NCBI GenBank assembly: GCA_964537935.1
Contig: CAZICT010000002.1
Coordinates: 76,922 to 140,921, forward strand
Origin: an uncultured Candidatus Saccharibacteria bacterium
GTDB taxonomy: Bacteria > Patescibacteriota > Saccharimonadia > Saccharimonadales > CAZICT01
Length of the DNA: 64,000 nucleotides
Reading direction: 5' to 3'
Positions 29,356 through 36,806 of this stretch are shown here, one piece after another. Position numbers and translations under genes: made by a program. Each line of letters begins with the position of its first letter. The stretch's first letter is position 1. The notes under the pieces are model-generated. The model saw only the letters and a list, made by a program, of their open reading frames with translations, did no database searches and had not been told where the DNA came from.

Positions 29356-29775
29356 ATGAAACGATTAGTAACACTAGCTTTGGCAGGCTTCCTGGTTTTC
29401 GGCGTGGGTGCCCTACTTCCGGCTGCTGTTGGGGCTGAAACTGCAAAAGATTATGTCTGTGAGGGTGTAGGCTATACCGGCGCAAGCTGTCCGGATACAA
29501 ATGCCGAAGGGAGTGTACAGCGTATTGTAGGAACAGTTATTAACATATTAAGCGTAATCGTCGGTGTCGTGGCGGTTATTATGATTATTATCGGAGGCTT
29601 TAAGTACATTACCTCTAGCGGTGACTCTAATAATGTTTCTAGCGCTAAGAACACCATCCTTTACGCAATAGTAGGGCTGGTAATAGTAGCCCTTGCTCAA
29701 GTAATAGTCATCTTTGTGCTCAACCGCGCCGATCCGCCAACTGACGATGGAAGCGGAATTATACGTTTGACTTGA
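29356..29775 (+). CDS. T4SS pilin-like protein, paralog 4
   Basis: AGGAG RBS and a signal peptide. Contains VVAVIMIIIGGFKYITSSGDSNNVSSAKNTILYAIVGLVIVAL. Confidence 0.75.
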   Translation: MKRLVTLALAGFLVFGVGALLPAAVGAETAKDYVCEGVGYTGASCPDTNAEGSVQRIVGTVINILSVIVGVVAVIMIIIGGFKYITSSGDSNNVSSAKNTILYAIVGLVIVALAQVIVIFVLNRADPPTDDGSGIIRLT

Positions 29776-29831
29776 TGCACCGTTAAATTATTTGGTATAA
29801 ATAACGTTATAGAATAACGAAAGGTTAATAA

Positions 29832-30254
29832 ATGACAAAACTAAAACAACTGCTTCTAAGCCTAATATTGCTGGCCGTGCCAGTAGTTGCGCCGCTTGCT
29901 TTGACAAGTGGTGCTCAAGCTCAAGTCAATCCCGGTTGTTTAGATGATACAGGTAACCCTGAGGACTGTCTTCGAGGTGGGGCCTGCATTGGCGATGATT
30001 GTCTAACAGAAAATGCTGACGACCGTGTTAGTGGCATGATTAATACTATTATTAACATTTTCTCTGTGGTTGTCGGTGTGGTGTCGGTCATAATGATTAT
30101 AGTCGGTGGATTTAAGTACATTACCTCAGGCGGTGACTCTGGAAATGTATCGAGCGCGAAGAACACCATCCTTTACGCTATCGTTGGTCTAATCATAGTT
30201 GCGCTAGCACAAGTCATAGTTCAGTTTGTACTAAATCGGGCTACTTCTGAATAA
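29832..30254 (+). CDS. T4SS pilin-like protein, paralog 5 (recent duplicate of paralog 4)
   Basis: Contains VVSVIMIIVGGFKYITSGGDSGNVSSAKNTILYAIVGLIIVAL. It shares exact DNA runs with paralog 4, for example aagaacaccatcctttacgc at 29647-29666 and 30159-30178. Confidence 0.75.
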   Translation: MTKLKQLLLSLILLAVPVVAPLALTSGAQAQVNPGCLDDTGNPEDCLRGGACIGDDCLTENADDRVSGMINTIINIFSVVVGVVSVIMIIVGGFKYITSGGDSGNVSSAKNTILYAIVGLIIVALAQVIVQFVLNRATSE

Positions 30255-30275
30255 TTTAAAATAAGAAAACGTATA

Positions 30276-30305
30276 AGCACCCCTTTTAAATACGGGGTGC
30301 TTTTT
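30276..30305 (+). terminator. Rho-independent terminator after the pilin array
   Basis: Stem agcacccc (30276-30283) pairs with ggggtgct (30294-30301), followed by a T-run. Confidence 0.7.
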
Positions 30306-30317
30306 ATTTATCGCCAC

Positions 30318-30348
30318 TTAAAAACTCCCGGGTAGATTCCCGGGAGTT
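30318..30348 (-). terminator. Rho-independent terminator of hsp20 (minus strand)
   Basis: Stem aactcccggg (30323-30332) pairs with cccgggagtt (30339-30348). On the minus strand the stem is followed by TTTTT. Confidence 0.7.
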
Positions 30349-30372
30349 CTATAATTGCAAACCAAACTGGAT

Positions 30373-30846
30373 TTACATAATCTGGATCTTCTTGACCGTA
30401 TCTTGCTTTACTTTGGTAAAGCTGATGGTTAGAACACCGTCTTTTAATACGGCTTCAATCTCGTCTTCTTTAACCGGCACTGGTAGAGCGATGCTTCGCG
30501 AAAATTCTCCCCAATAACATTCCTGGACAAAGTAATTTTCTACATCATCTTCGTTACCGGCTGAGAGCGTACCACGGATACTAAGCGTGTTATCAGAAAT
30601 ACTGACATCAAGATCGCTTTTATTTACCCCGGCTGTCCGTGCTTTAACTACTAACTTTTCTTTTGTCTCATACACATCGACTGCGAGCTGTCCCGGTACG
30701 GCATCCTCTTCGTCCCATTCATCTGCTGCAGCCGGTTCGTCTGCTGCGATTGGGTCTTGTGCAGGCATATCATCGTCTTCACCAAGAAATGCTGCGGTCA
30801 GCTCATCTTCCATCATGAGATCGTCATCACGGCTTCTACGCGCCAT
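30373..30846 (-). CDS. Hsp20/alpha-crystallin small heat-shock protein
   Basis: LAVDVYETKEKLVVKARTAGVNKSDLDVSISDNTLSIRG...AVLKDGVLTISF. I prefer the ATG at 30846 (MARRSRDD...), which is preceded by GGAGGG; the track start is 30891. Confidence 0.88.
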   Translation of the reverse strand: MARRSRDDDLMMEDELTAAFLGEDDDMPAQDPIAADEPAAADEWDEEDAVPGQLAVDVYETKEKLVVKARTAGVNKSDLDVSISDNTLSIRGTLSAGNEDDVENYFVQECYWGEFSRSIALPVPVKEDEIEAVLKDGVLTISFTKVKQDTVKKIQIM

Positions 30847-31051
30847 AAGTGTTTCCCTCCACTTGCTTTCGGTTATTTCTACAATTTGCAATTTTTGTTA
30901 CCACTCAGTATAGCTTAGATGCTACAAGAGGTGCAACCGGCTCCCCCACTATTTACAACAGTAGTAATCACAACACCTTTACAGTTAAGCGTATAGAATA
31001 ATTACCCAGTCCAAACTTTGGTTTTGTTTGTTAACAATATAAAGTTAAATT

Positions 31052-31720
31052 ATGTCAGCTTTAGACACTTTGCTGTCGATTGTGGCCCCACATGAGTGTG
31101 TGGGTTGTGGCAGTGAGGGATCAATATTATGCTTCAACTGCATTAATTCTATAACTTCTCCTCCTGACCGATGTTATAGATGCCATAAAGTCAGTACCGA
31201 CAGCGCAGTATGTCAGACGTGTCGGCGAAGCAGCAATCTAAAACACGTATGGGTGGTTGCAGATTATGAAAATGAAGCCAAAGCGGTGATTCAAAAGTTT
31301 AAGTTTGAAAGGGCCTACGCAGCAGCCTCTGTGATTGCCGGACTTATGAGTGAAGCGCTTCCCTTTTTGGCGGACCATTTAGTTGTAGCGGTACCAACGG
31401 CATCAGTACGTGTTCGAGAGCGCGGCTATGATCAATCGAGGTTGATAGCCAAGCGTATAGCCACTGCAAAAGACCTGCAGTATGCTCCCTTGCTTGCTCG
31501 TGGACTGCAAAGCCGTCAGGTTGGTGCAAGCAGGCGGCAGCGCATAGAACAAATGAGGAATATGTTCCGTGTAACTTCTCCAAAATTGGCAGAAGGCAGA
31601 CGGGTATTACTTGTAGACGACGTTTCGACTACCGGAGCTACTATCGAGGCTGCTGCTAAAACGCTTAAAAACGCAGGAGTTCAAACTGTTGATGCCGTTA
31701 TCTTTGCCCAGAAACAATAA
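31052..31720 (+). CDS. comF: ComF-family phosphoribosyltransferase-domain protein (ComFC-like)
   Basis: N-terminal Cys pairs (CVGCGS...CFNC, CYRC...CQTC) and the PRTase motif VLLVDDVSTTGATIEAA. Confidence 0.85.
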   Translation: MSALDTLLSIVAPHECVGCGSEGSILCFNCINSITSPPDRCYRCHKVSTDSAVCQTCRRSSNLKHVWVVADYENEAKAVIQKFKFERAYAAASVIAGLMSEALPFLADHLVVAVPTASVRVRERGYDQSRLIAKRIATAKDLQYAPLLARGLQSRQVGASRRQRIEQMRNMFRVTSPKLAEGRRVLLVDDVSTTGATIEAAAKTLKNAGVQTVDAVIFAQKQ

Positions 31721-31748
31721 AAGCCAATTTTGTGGCTTTATAAATAGC

Positions 31749-31838
31749 TGGCGGAGAGAGTGGGATTCGAACCCACGGTACCCTTGCGGGCACGGCAGTT
31801 TTCAAGACTGCTACCTTCAACCACTCGGTCATCTCTCC
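31749..31838 (-). tRNA. tRNA-Ser (anticodon UGA), CCA encoded
   Basis: Hand-folded from the reverse complement GGAGAGATGACCGAGTGGTTGAAGGTAGCAGTCTTGAAAACTGC...GGGTTCGAATCCCACTCTCTCCGCCA. It has a 7-bp acceptor stem, the anticodon stem-loop GCAGT-CTTGAAA-ACTGC, and a long variable arm. Confidence 0.9.
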
Positions 31839-31886
31839 GTTCGCAAAATTATAGCATAAAGCCCTAAAACGGGATACAATACCGTT

Positions 31887-32243
31887 ATGAATTTATCACG
31901 AAGCACACAAAGAAAAGGTGACATAGGGGTTACTCAAGCAATTGCCACCTTTACACGTAAAGGGTATGATGTTGCCCTCCCGATAACCGAATCCTCTCCT
32001 TACGACATACTTATTGACGATGGAGAGGGAGTGTGGCGGGTGCAGGTTCGATATAGTAGCGGCAAAGAAGTTGATCTTCGAAGAGTACATTCTAACTCAA
32101 AAGGTTATGTAGTAAAAAAGCCCAAAGACAATGCGTACGATTGGTTGTATGTACTAAAAAGCTCAGGAGAAGAGTACTTGATAAAGAAGTGCTATTCAAA
32201 TAGACGTTCAATACGACCAAGAAAAGAACATTTATTGTACTAA
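31887..32243 (+). CDS. Small PD-(D/E)XK-type endonuclease (group-I-intron-associated/Hjc-like family)
   Basis: 118-aa ORF. KGDIGVTQAIATFTRKGYDVALPITESSPYDILIDDGEGVWRVQVRYSS fits the D...(D/E)xK core. Confidence 0.6.
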   Translation: MNLSRSTQRKGDIGVTQAIATFTRKGYDVALPITESSPYDILIDDGEGVWRVQVRYSSGKEVDLRRVHSNSKGYVVKKPKDNAYDWLYVLKSSGEEYLIKKCYSNRRSIRPRKEHLLY

Positions 32244-32245
32244 AT

Positions 32246-32338
32246 TGGCGGAGAGAGAGGGATTCGAACCCTCGCGGGAGCTTGCGCCCCCCTAACGATT
32301 TAGCAAACCGTCCCCTTCAGCCACTTGGGTACCTCTCC
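32246..32338 (-). tRNA. tRNA-Ser (anticodon GCU), CCA encoded
   Basis: Reverse complement GGAGAGGTACCCAAGTGGCTGAAGGGGACGGTTTGCTAAATCGT...GGGTTCGAATCCCTCTCTCTCCGCCA. The anticodon stem is ACGGT/ATCGT (one G-U pair), the loop is TTGCTAA, and there is a long variable arm. Confidence 0.88.
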
Positions 32339-32442
32339 GTAGGGGAATAACAGATGTGAGTATAGCAATTTAGAAGTAATTTGTCATTTTAAATTAGCGA
32401 AATGTAATTTTAAGATTATTTAACTATTGTTACAATACGCTT

Positions 32443-32757
32443 ATGCCCAGTAGTGAGCTTTCTGTAGTGTTCAGCTATGTGTATCTCCTGCGCTCTTTGG
32501 CTAACAATAGTCTATATATAGGGTTTACGCACGATCTGCGAAAACGATTAGCAGTACATAACAAAGGCTTAAATCGCTCAACAAAAGCATATGCACCATG
32601 GAAGCTGCTATACTACGAAGCACACAGAAATGAGATAGATGCTCGCCGAAGAGAGAAATATCTTAAAACTATTTCGGGCAAAAGAGCGCTGAGAAGAATG
32701 TTACGAGAGCAGTTTCAACAGTCAAGCGATTTTAAGCAACAGAAAGTCTACTACTAG
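32443..32757 (+). CDS. GIY-YIG nuclease-family protein (UPF0213-like)
   Basis: 104-aa ORF. YVYLLRSLANNSLYIGFTHDLRKRLAVHNKG...WKLLYYE is the GIY-YIG core. Confidence 0.8.
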   Translation: MPSSELSVVFSYVYLLRSLANNSLYIGFTHDLRKRLAVHNKGLNRSTKAYAPWKLLYYEAHRNEIDARRREKYLKTISGKRALRRMLREQFQQSSDFKQQKVYY

Positions 32758-32759
32758 GT

Positions 32760-33326
32760 ATGCAAGAGGAGCAGCAGCCGGCTAAAGATGAGCCGCAAAG
32801 TCAGTGGGAGTATAAATCGGAGGATGAGGCGTCTACGACTAGTCCTGAAGTTACCCGGAAGCCCTCGGAGGTATCGGTCAAGTGGACGGCTTCTGAATAT
32901 ATAGCACACGAAAAGTCCGCTGGTTGGTACGCCCTGCTCGGTGTTGCAGTGGCGATTGCCGCTTTGTTGGTCTATGTATTTACCCGAGATATTGTTTCAG
33001 GAGTAGTTATCGGAATTATTGGAATGGCGTTTGGTGTTTTTGCCGCACGTCGACCTAAAGAACTTGAGTATGCCATATTGCCGTCAGGTGTGCATATCGG
33101 ACAGAGGCGGTATGAATATGAGCGTTTAAAGTCTTTTTCTTTAGTGCACGAAGGACCGGTTAGAGCCATCATCATTACTCCCTTGCAGCGGTTTTCGTTA
33201 CCGATAAGTATTTATTTTGCATCCGAAGACGAGCAAAAGATTGTCGACGCGCTCAGTAATTATCTGCCCTACGAGGAGCGCGATCACGATATCATTGACC
33301 GCGCAATGAAAAAAATCCGCTTCTAA
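32760..33326 (+). CDS. Hypothetical two-TM membrane protein
   Basis: 188-aa ORF with hydrophobic segments WYALLGVAVAIAALLVYVF and VVIGIIGMAFGVFAA. Confidence 0.6.
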   Translation: MQEEQQPAKDEPQSQWEYKSEDEASTTSPEVTRKPSEVSVKWTASEYIAHEKSAGWYALLGVAVAIAALLVYVFTRDIVSGVVIGIIGMAFGVFAARRPKELEYAILPSGVHIGQRRYEYERLKSFSLVHEGPVRAIIITPLQRFSLPISIYFASEDEQKIVDALSNYLPYEERDHDIIDRAMKKIRF

Positions 33327-33382
33327 GACTAGCATTCACCTCTGTTTTATGCTAAAATCATGCCTGCTTGTTCAAGCATCAA

Positions 33383-33459
<77 letters not shown>

Positions 33460-33472
33460 TATCTGAATCCTA

Positions 33473-33500
33473 AATAGACGCCCGGACGGCGTCTATTTTG
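33473..33500 (+). terminator. Rho-independent terminator after tRNA-Arg
   Basis: aatagacgcc (33473-33482) pairs with ggcgtctatt (33488-33497), followed by a T-run. Confidence 0.65.
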
Positions 33501-33539
33501 TTATTGTTATCCCATGGCATTTGAAAGACTGGACCCTGA

Positions 33540-33650
33540 AGAACTACGATTAGAATTAATGAACCTGAGATGGTTGACGACTACGGCTGGCTTACGTTAA
33601 ATAATTTGCCTAAGCCGCTCCACTATCAATTTGATTATTTTATGAGTTAA
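33540..33650 (+). pseudogene. Possible remnant of a Nudix-hydrolase C-terminus
   Basis: A 36-codon open frame between stops reads RTTIRINEPEMVDDYGWLTLNNLPKPLHYQFDYFMS*. The E..E....W..L.NLP.PL pattern resembles MutT/Nudix C-termini. There is no start codon and no Nudix box. Confidence 0.25.
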
Positions 33651-33961
33651 CATGGCAAAAACTGAAACTTATTATGCTGGTAGGTAAGCAAGCGTAGCTC
33701 TAACCTCAGCTACTAAGGTGTACTAATTTTCACAAATTTCTTTTACCGGAAGTGGTACCGTGAAATTGGAGGGAGGTTAACAGTGTTAAGTATTTATTCA
33801 GTTCCCCGCTACTACATCCGTGACAGTGAGACGAATGAGCTTTGGTGCTTTGATGCAAGCTTATACCTCGGAAAGTAGCTTATAAATTTATTTGACTTCC
33901 CAAAAACGAGGGCGTAGTGTGAGTGCAACAACACTTAAAAAGCCACCGGCAAATAAACACT

Positions 33962-34165
33962 ATGGCCGAACAAATAAGAAAACGAATACCTCAAACCACT
34001 TCTCGGCAGAAAGATGAGTGTCAAAAAACTCCTGCTGAAGCGCAACACCAGGAAGAGGTGCAGGCAGAAATAGAAGAAATACGCAAAGACCCTTCGCCGG
34101 AAGCGTCAATACAGCGCATAGATACGGTATTAGCCGCTCTCGGTGATCTAGCAATAGCAGCTTAA
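33962..34165 (+). CDS. Small hypothetical acidic protein (doubtful)
   Basis: Track ORF 33923-34165 (GTG start); the internal ATG at 33962 gives MAEQIRKRIPQTTSRQKDE.... No recognisable family, and it lies inside a gene-poor stretch. Confidence 0.3.
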   Translation: MAEQIRKRIPQTTSRQKDECQKTPAEAQHQEEVQAEIEEIRKDPSPEASIQRIDTVLAALGDLAIAA

Positions 34166-34221
34166 GGCTTCCGCGAATATCCTTACAAATACTTCTGCTT
34201 ATTTACCTTATACTCTGAAAT

Positions 34222-34848
34222 ATGAAGATAACCGTATTTGGAGCAAGTGGAAAAGTTGGCAAGCGATTTATAAAGCAAGCGCTTGATGCAGGCCACGAAG
34301 TAACGGCATTTATACATAAGAAACAACTGAAGCCGCACCCTGCCCTATCAATACACAAGGGCGATATTTATAAACCGGCAGACGTAGAAGAGGCTATTTC
34401 TGGAAGTGATGTGGTCGTTAGTGCCTTAGGAAGTTGGGGGAGAGTCAGAAAAGACATTCTGTCTACCGGTATGCGGCATATAATTCCGGCAATGAAAGCT
34501 CACCATGTGTCAAGAATCGTTACGCTTACTGGTGCTGATGTGCGTGATGAAGTCGACGCGCTTAGCTCGATGCATCACATTATGCATACGGTACTGTTTG
34601 CAATTGCGCACCGCACACTTAAGGATGGCGAGAGTCACATAACCTTACTGCGCGAAAGCGGCCTGGAGTGGACAGTGCTGCGTTCGCCGGCAATGAACAA
34701 CGTTGGCCAGACTAATAATTTTGTGTTCAGCGAAAAAAGACCATTGCCCTGGCAGACTGTCTTGCGCGACGATGTTGCACGGGCAATCCTGCGTCTGCTT
34801 GAGCAAAATATTTATATCCATCAATGTCCGTTTATCGTCAGGAAATAA
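34222..34848 (+). CDS. NAD(P)H-binding (atypical SDR / flavin-reductase-like) protein
   Basis: MKITVFGASGKVGKRFIKQALDAGHEVTAFI is a Rossmann GxxGxxG N-terminus. Confidence 0.8.
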   Translation: MKITVFGASGKVGKRFIKQALDAGHEVTAFIHKKQLKPHPALSIHKGDIYKPADVEEAISGSDVVVSALGSWGRVRKDILSTGMRHIIPAMKAHHVSRIVTLTGADVRDEVDALSSMHHIMHTVLFAIAHRTLKDGESHITLLRESGLEWTVLRSPAMNNVGQTNNFVFSEKRPLPWQTVLRDDVARAILRLLEQNIYIHQCPFIVRK

Positions 34849-34876
34849 CTTAAAACTGATACAATTGGTATTCGTT

Positions 34877-34968
34877 GGAGAGATGCAGGAGTGGTTGAAC
34901 TGGACGGTCTCGAAAACCGTTGTGCCGTTTGCGCGGTACCGAGGGTTCGAATCCCTCTCTCTCCGCCA
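34877..34968 (+). tRNA. tRNA-Ser (anticodon CGA), CCA encoded
   Basis: GGAGAGATGCAGGAGTGGTTGAACTGGACGGTCTCGAAAACCGT...GAGGGTTCGAATCCCTCTCTCTCCGCCA. The anticodon stem is ACGGT/ACCGT, the loop is CTCGAAA, and there is a long variable arm. Confidence 0.9.
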
Positions 34969-34969
34969 T

Positions 34970-35614
34970 TCATTTCATAAGCACTGCAAAAGCGTGATTC
35001 CAGGTATCGCGAGCTACGCCGTACTCGACCCACAATAAACTGAGCGGCTCAAGCAGTCGGCTTTTTTCTATCCGGCCGATATCAACTATATCTTTCCAGC
35101 CCATGTCGACCAGAAGTTCAGCGGCCTGAGTTTTGGCAGAATTATTATTACCGCAAATGAATATCGTAGGAATGCCTTCTTTGAACTCCGGCTTTACCAT
35201 ATGAGCGTGGTTAATGCTGTTGAGAGTTTTGACAACATGGCTGTCTGGCAGACTTTGCTGTACAAGCTCTCCCCCGCTCATGTTATGACCGACCGAAAGT
35301 TCCGGTGGGCCATCATCATGAAAGATTAACGGGTTGGTAACATCAATGACTACTTTGCCAGCCAGTTCTGGACGGACCTGAGCCAATACGTCTTCGGTGG
35401 CGTGCCAAGCGGTCGCTAGGATTGCCAAATCACCAAAGTCTGCTGCTTCAGTAGTATTGCCGACTTTTCCGTGCTTGCCGGCCTTTTTGCTCCACTGTTT
35501 CAACTCCTTGCTGTCGTGCTGGCGCGTGCCAAGCATTACTTCATGGTAGCAAGCTATAAGTCCTTTACCGAGGTTTTGGGCAACTTCCCCTGATCCGATT
35601 ATTCCGATTTTCAT
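34970..35614 (-). CDS. NADP oxidoreductase, coenzyme-F420-dependent-like family (NADPH-dependent reductase fold)
   Basis: MKIGIIGSGEVAQNLGKGL..., a Rossmann N-terminus, in a 214-aa ORF. The stop codon abuts the tRNA-Ser CCA end. Confidence 0.7.
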   Translation of the reverse strand: MKIGIIGSGEVAQNLGKGLIACYHEVMLGTRQHDSKELKQWSKKAGKHGKVGNTTEAADFGDLAILATAWHATEDVLAQVRPELAGKVVIDVTNPLIFHDDGPPELSVGHNMSGGELVQQSLPDSHVVKTLNSINHAHMVKPEFKEGIPTIFICGNNNSAKTQAAELLVDMGWKDIVDIGRIEKSRLLEPLSLLWVEYGVARDTWNHAFAVLMK

Positions 35615-36771
35615 TCCAGCTCCTTTGCTATTTTACGGGCTTTCTTGTTCAGCCGTCGGTTACTTGCCTTTCTTTTTTGTTCACTCGACTGTAACGGTGC
35701 TTTACGATACGTGGTGTCGGTGTCTTGGCTTTGAGTTTGTTTATCAGGCTCACTGCTGACGAGTCCGCTTTTTGCTGAGGCCTTCTCGAACGGGTTTCGG
35801 GCACGGCTTAGCCTTTCTCCTAACAAAATAATCGCGCCAACGATAGCAAGCTGAAAGCCTATGTTCACTACTAAATTTTGCACCCGAACAGTAAGGTTTT
35901 GGGCAACATCCTGGATGACAACCTGAACACCTTGGCTATCGCCTAATATATCACCCTGAATACGTTCGGTTTGGGATGGCAGGAATACACCAAAAAGGTA
36001 TGTGAAGACCATCAGGCTAATACCTACGCTGACAAAGCCGAGTCCAAGGCTTCTTAAGCCTCGGCGTTTTGACGGACCGCTAAATATTATCCCGGCAGCC
36101 GATAGAGCAATGATAGCGCCAAGATAGTACGGTGCTTGTCTAGCGAATTGAAATATCGTTTGCACAATTGAAGCACGCTCAAAAATTGTGGTTCCTTCTT
36201 GATTTCTTGGTAAATCTTCAGCCGTAAGTACGGTGTCGGGTAAAAATTCCTTACTGTCAATAATAGACTGACGGATATCTGCAGATAGCTGTACTTCATT
36301 ATAGAATATCGGTTTACAGGATGAAGTAAATGGGTCTATAGCGTCAACGTTCCCACTGCAAACCGGTTGAGCGGCTAATCGCTGGCTGGCATATACACCA
36401 AGGTGGTCTGCCAGATTCTTTTTAGCACCAGTGAAATCCAAACTGAATTCTGGATTGTCTTGATCGCTCTCAAGCCAGTCATAAATACTGTCGATAAATT
36501 TTTCAGCATTGTTTCGCAATATCGCATCACTGAAGGCGCCGTCCACTATTTTGCGGACCGTAGGATCTTTAACCGGAAAGCCGTTATCCGCATTAGCCTC
36601 AATGGTCGCCGCCCGAAAGCGCGAATAAGCTTCAACTTCATTTAACGCCTCTTTGGCAACCTGTGGCGTTTCAAACACCATCATTAATGCAACTATGCCG
36701 ACAGCCGAAAACAAAACAAAGCGAAATACTGAATTAGACAGCCCATACATGATACGGCGCAACGATATCAT
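35611..36771 (-). CDS. Hypothetical membrane protein, paralog A (N-terminal TM, ectodomain, C-terminal TM cluster, basic tail)
   Basis: 386-aa ORF. It shares the blocks IDSIYDWLESD, DPFTSSC and EFLPDTVLTAEDL with the upstream neighbour. Confidence 0.65.
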   Translation of the reverse strand: MISLRRIMYGLSNSVFRFVLFSAVGIVALMMVFETPQVAKEALNEVEAYSRFRAATIEANADNGFPVKDPTVRKIVDGAFSDAILRNNAEKFIDSIYDWLESDQDNPEFSLDFTGAKKNLADHLGVYASQRLAAQPVCSGNVDAIDPFTSSCKPIFYNEVQLSADIRQSIIDSKEFLPDTVLTAEDLPRNQEGTTIFERASIVQTIFQFARQAPYYLGAIIALSAAGIIFSGPSKRRGLRSLGLGFVSVGISLMVFTYLFGVFLPSQTERIQGDILGDSQGVQVVIQDVAQNLTVRVQNLVVNIGFQLAIVGAIILLGERLSRARNPFEKASAKSGLVSSEPDKQTQSQDTDTTYRKAPLQSSEQKRKASNRRLNKKARKIAKELE

Positions 36772-36806
36772 TAGTGCTTATTGTACGATAACGTTAACCT
36801 CTTAAG

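Noticed and set aside
29356-30254. DGR-style template/variable repeat pair between pilin paralogs 4 and 5
   Set aside because: No reverse transcriptase is present in the window. The differences are not adenine-specific and are spread over both conserved and variable halves, so this is ordinary gene duplication.
33923-34165. Pup/UBact-like ubiquitin-like modifier (IQRIDTVLAA resembles the Pup LDEIDDVLEE helix, and an AAA ATPase lies elsewhere in the window)
   Set aside because: The C-terminus is ...DLAIAA, not GGQ/GGE. No ligase, depupylase or proteasome genes are visible, and the AAA gene is 15 kb away. The resemblance is too weak.
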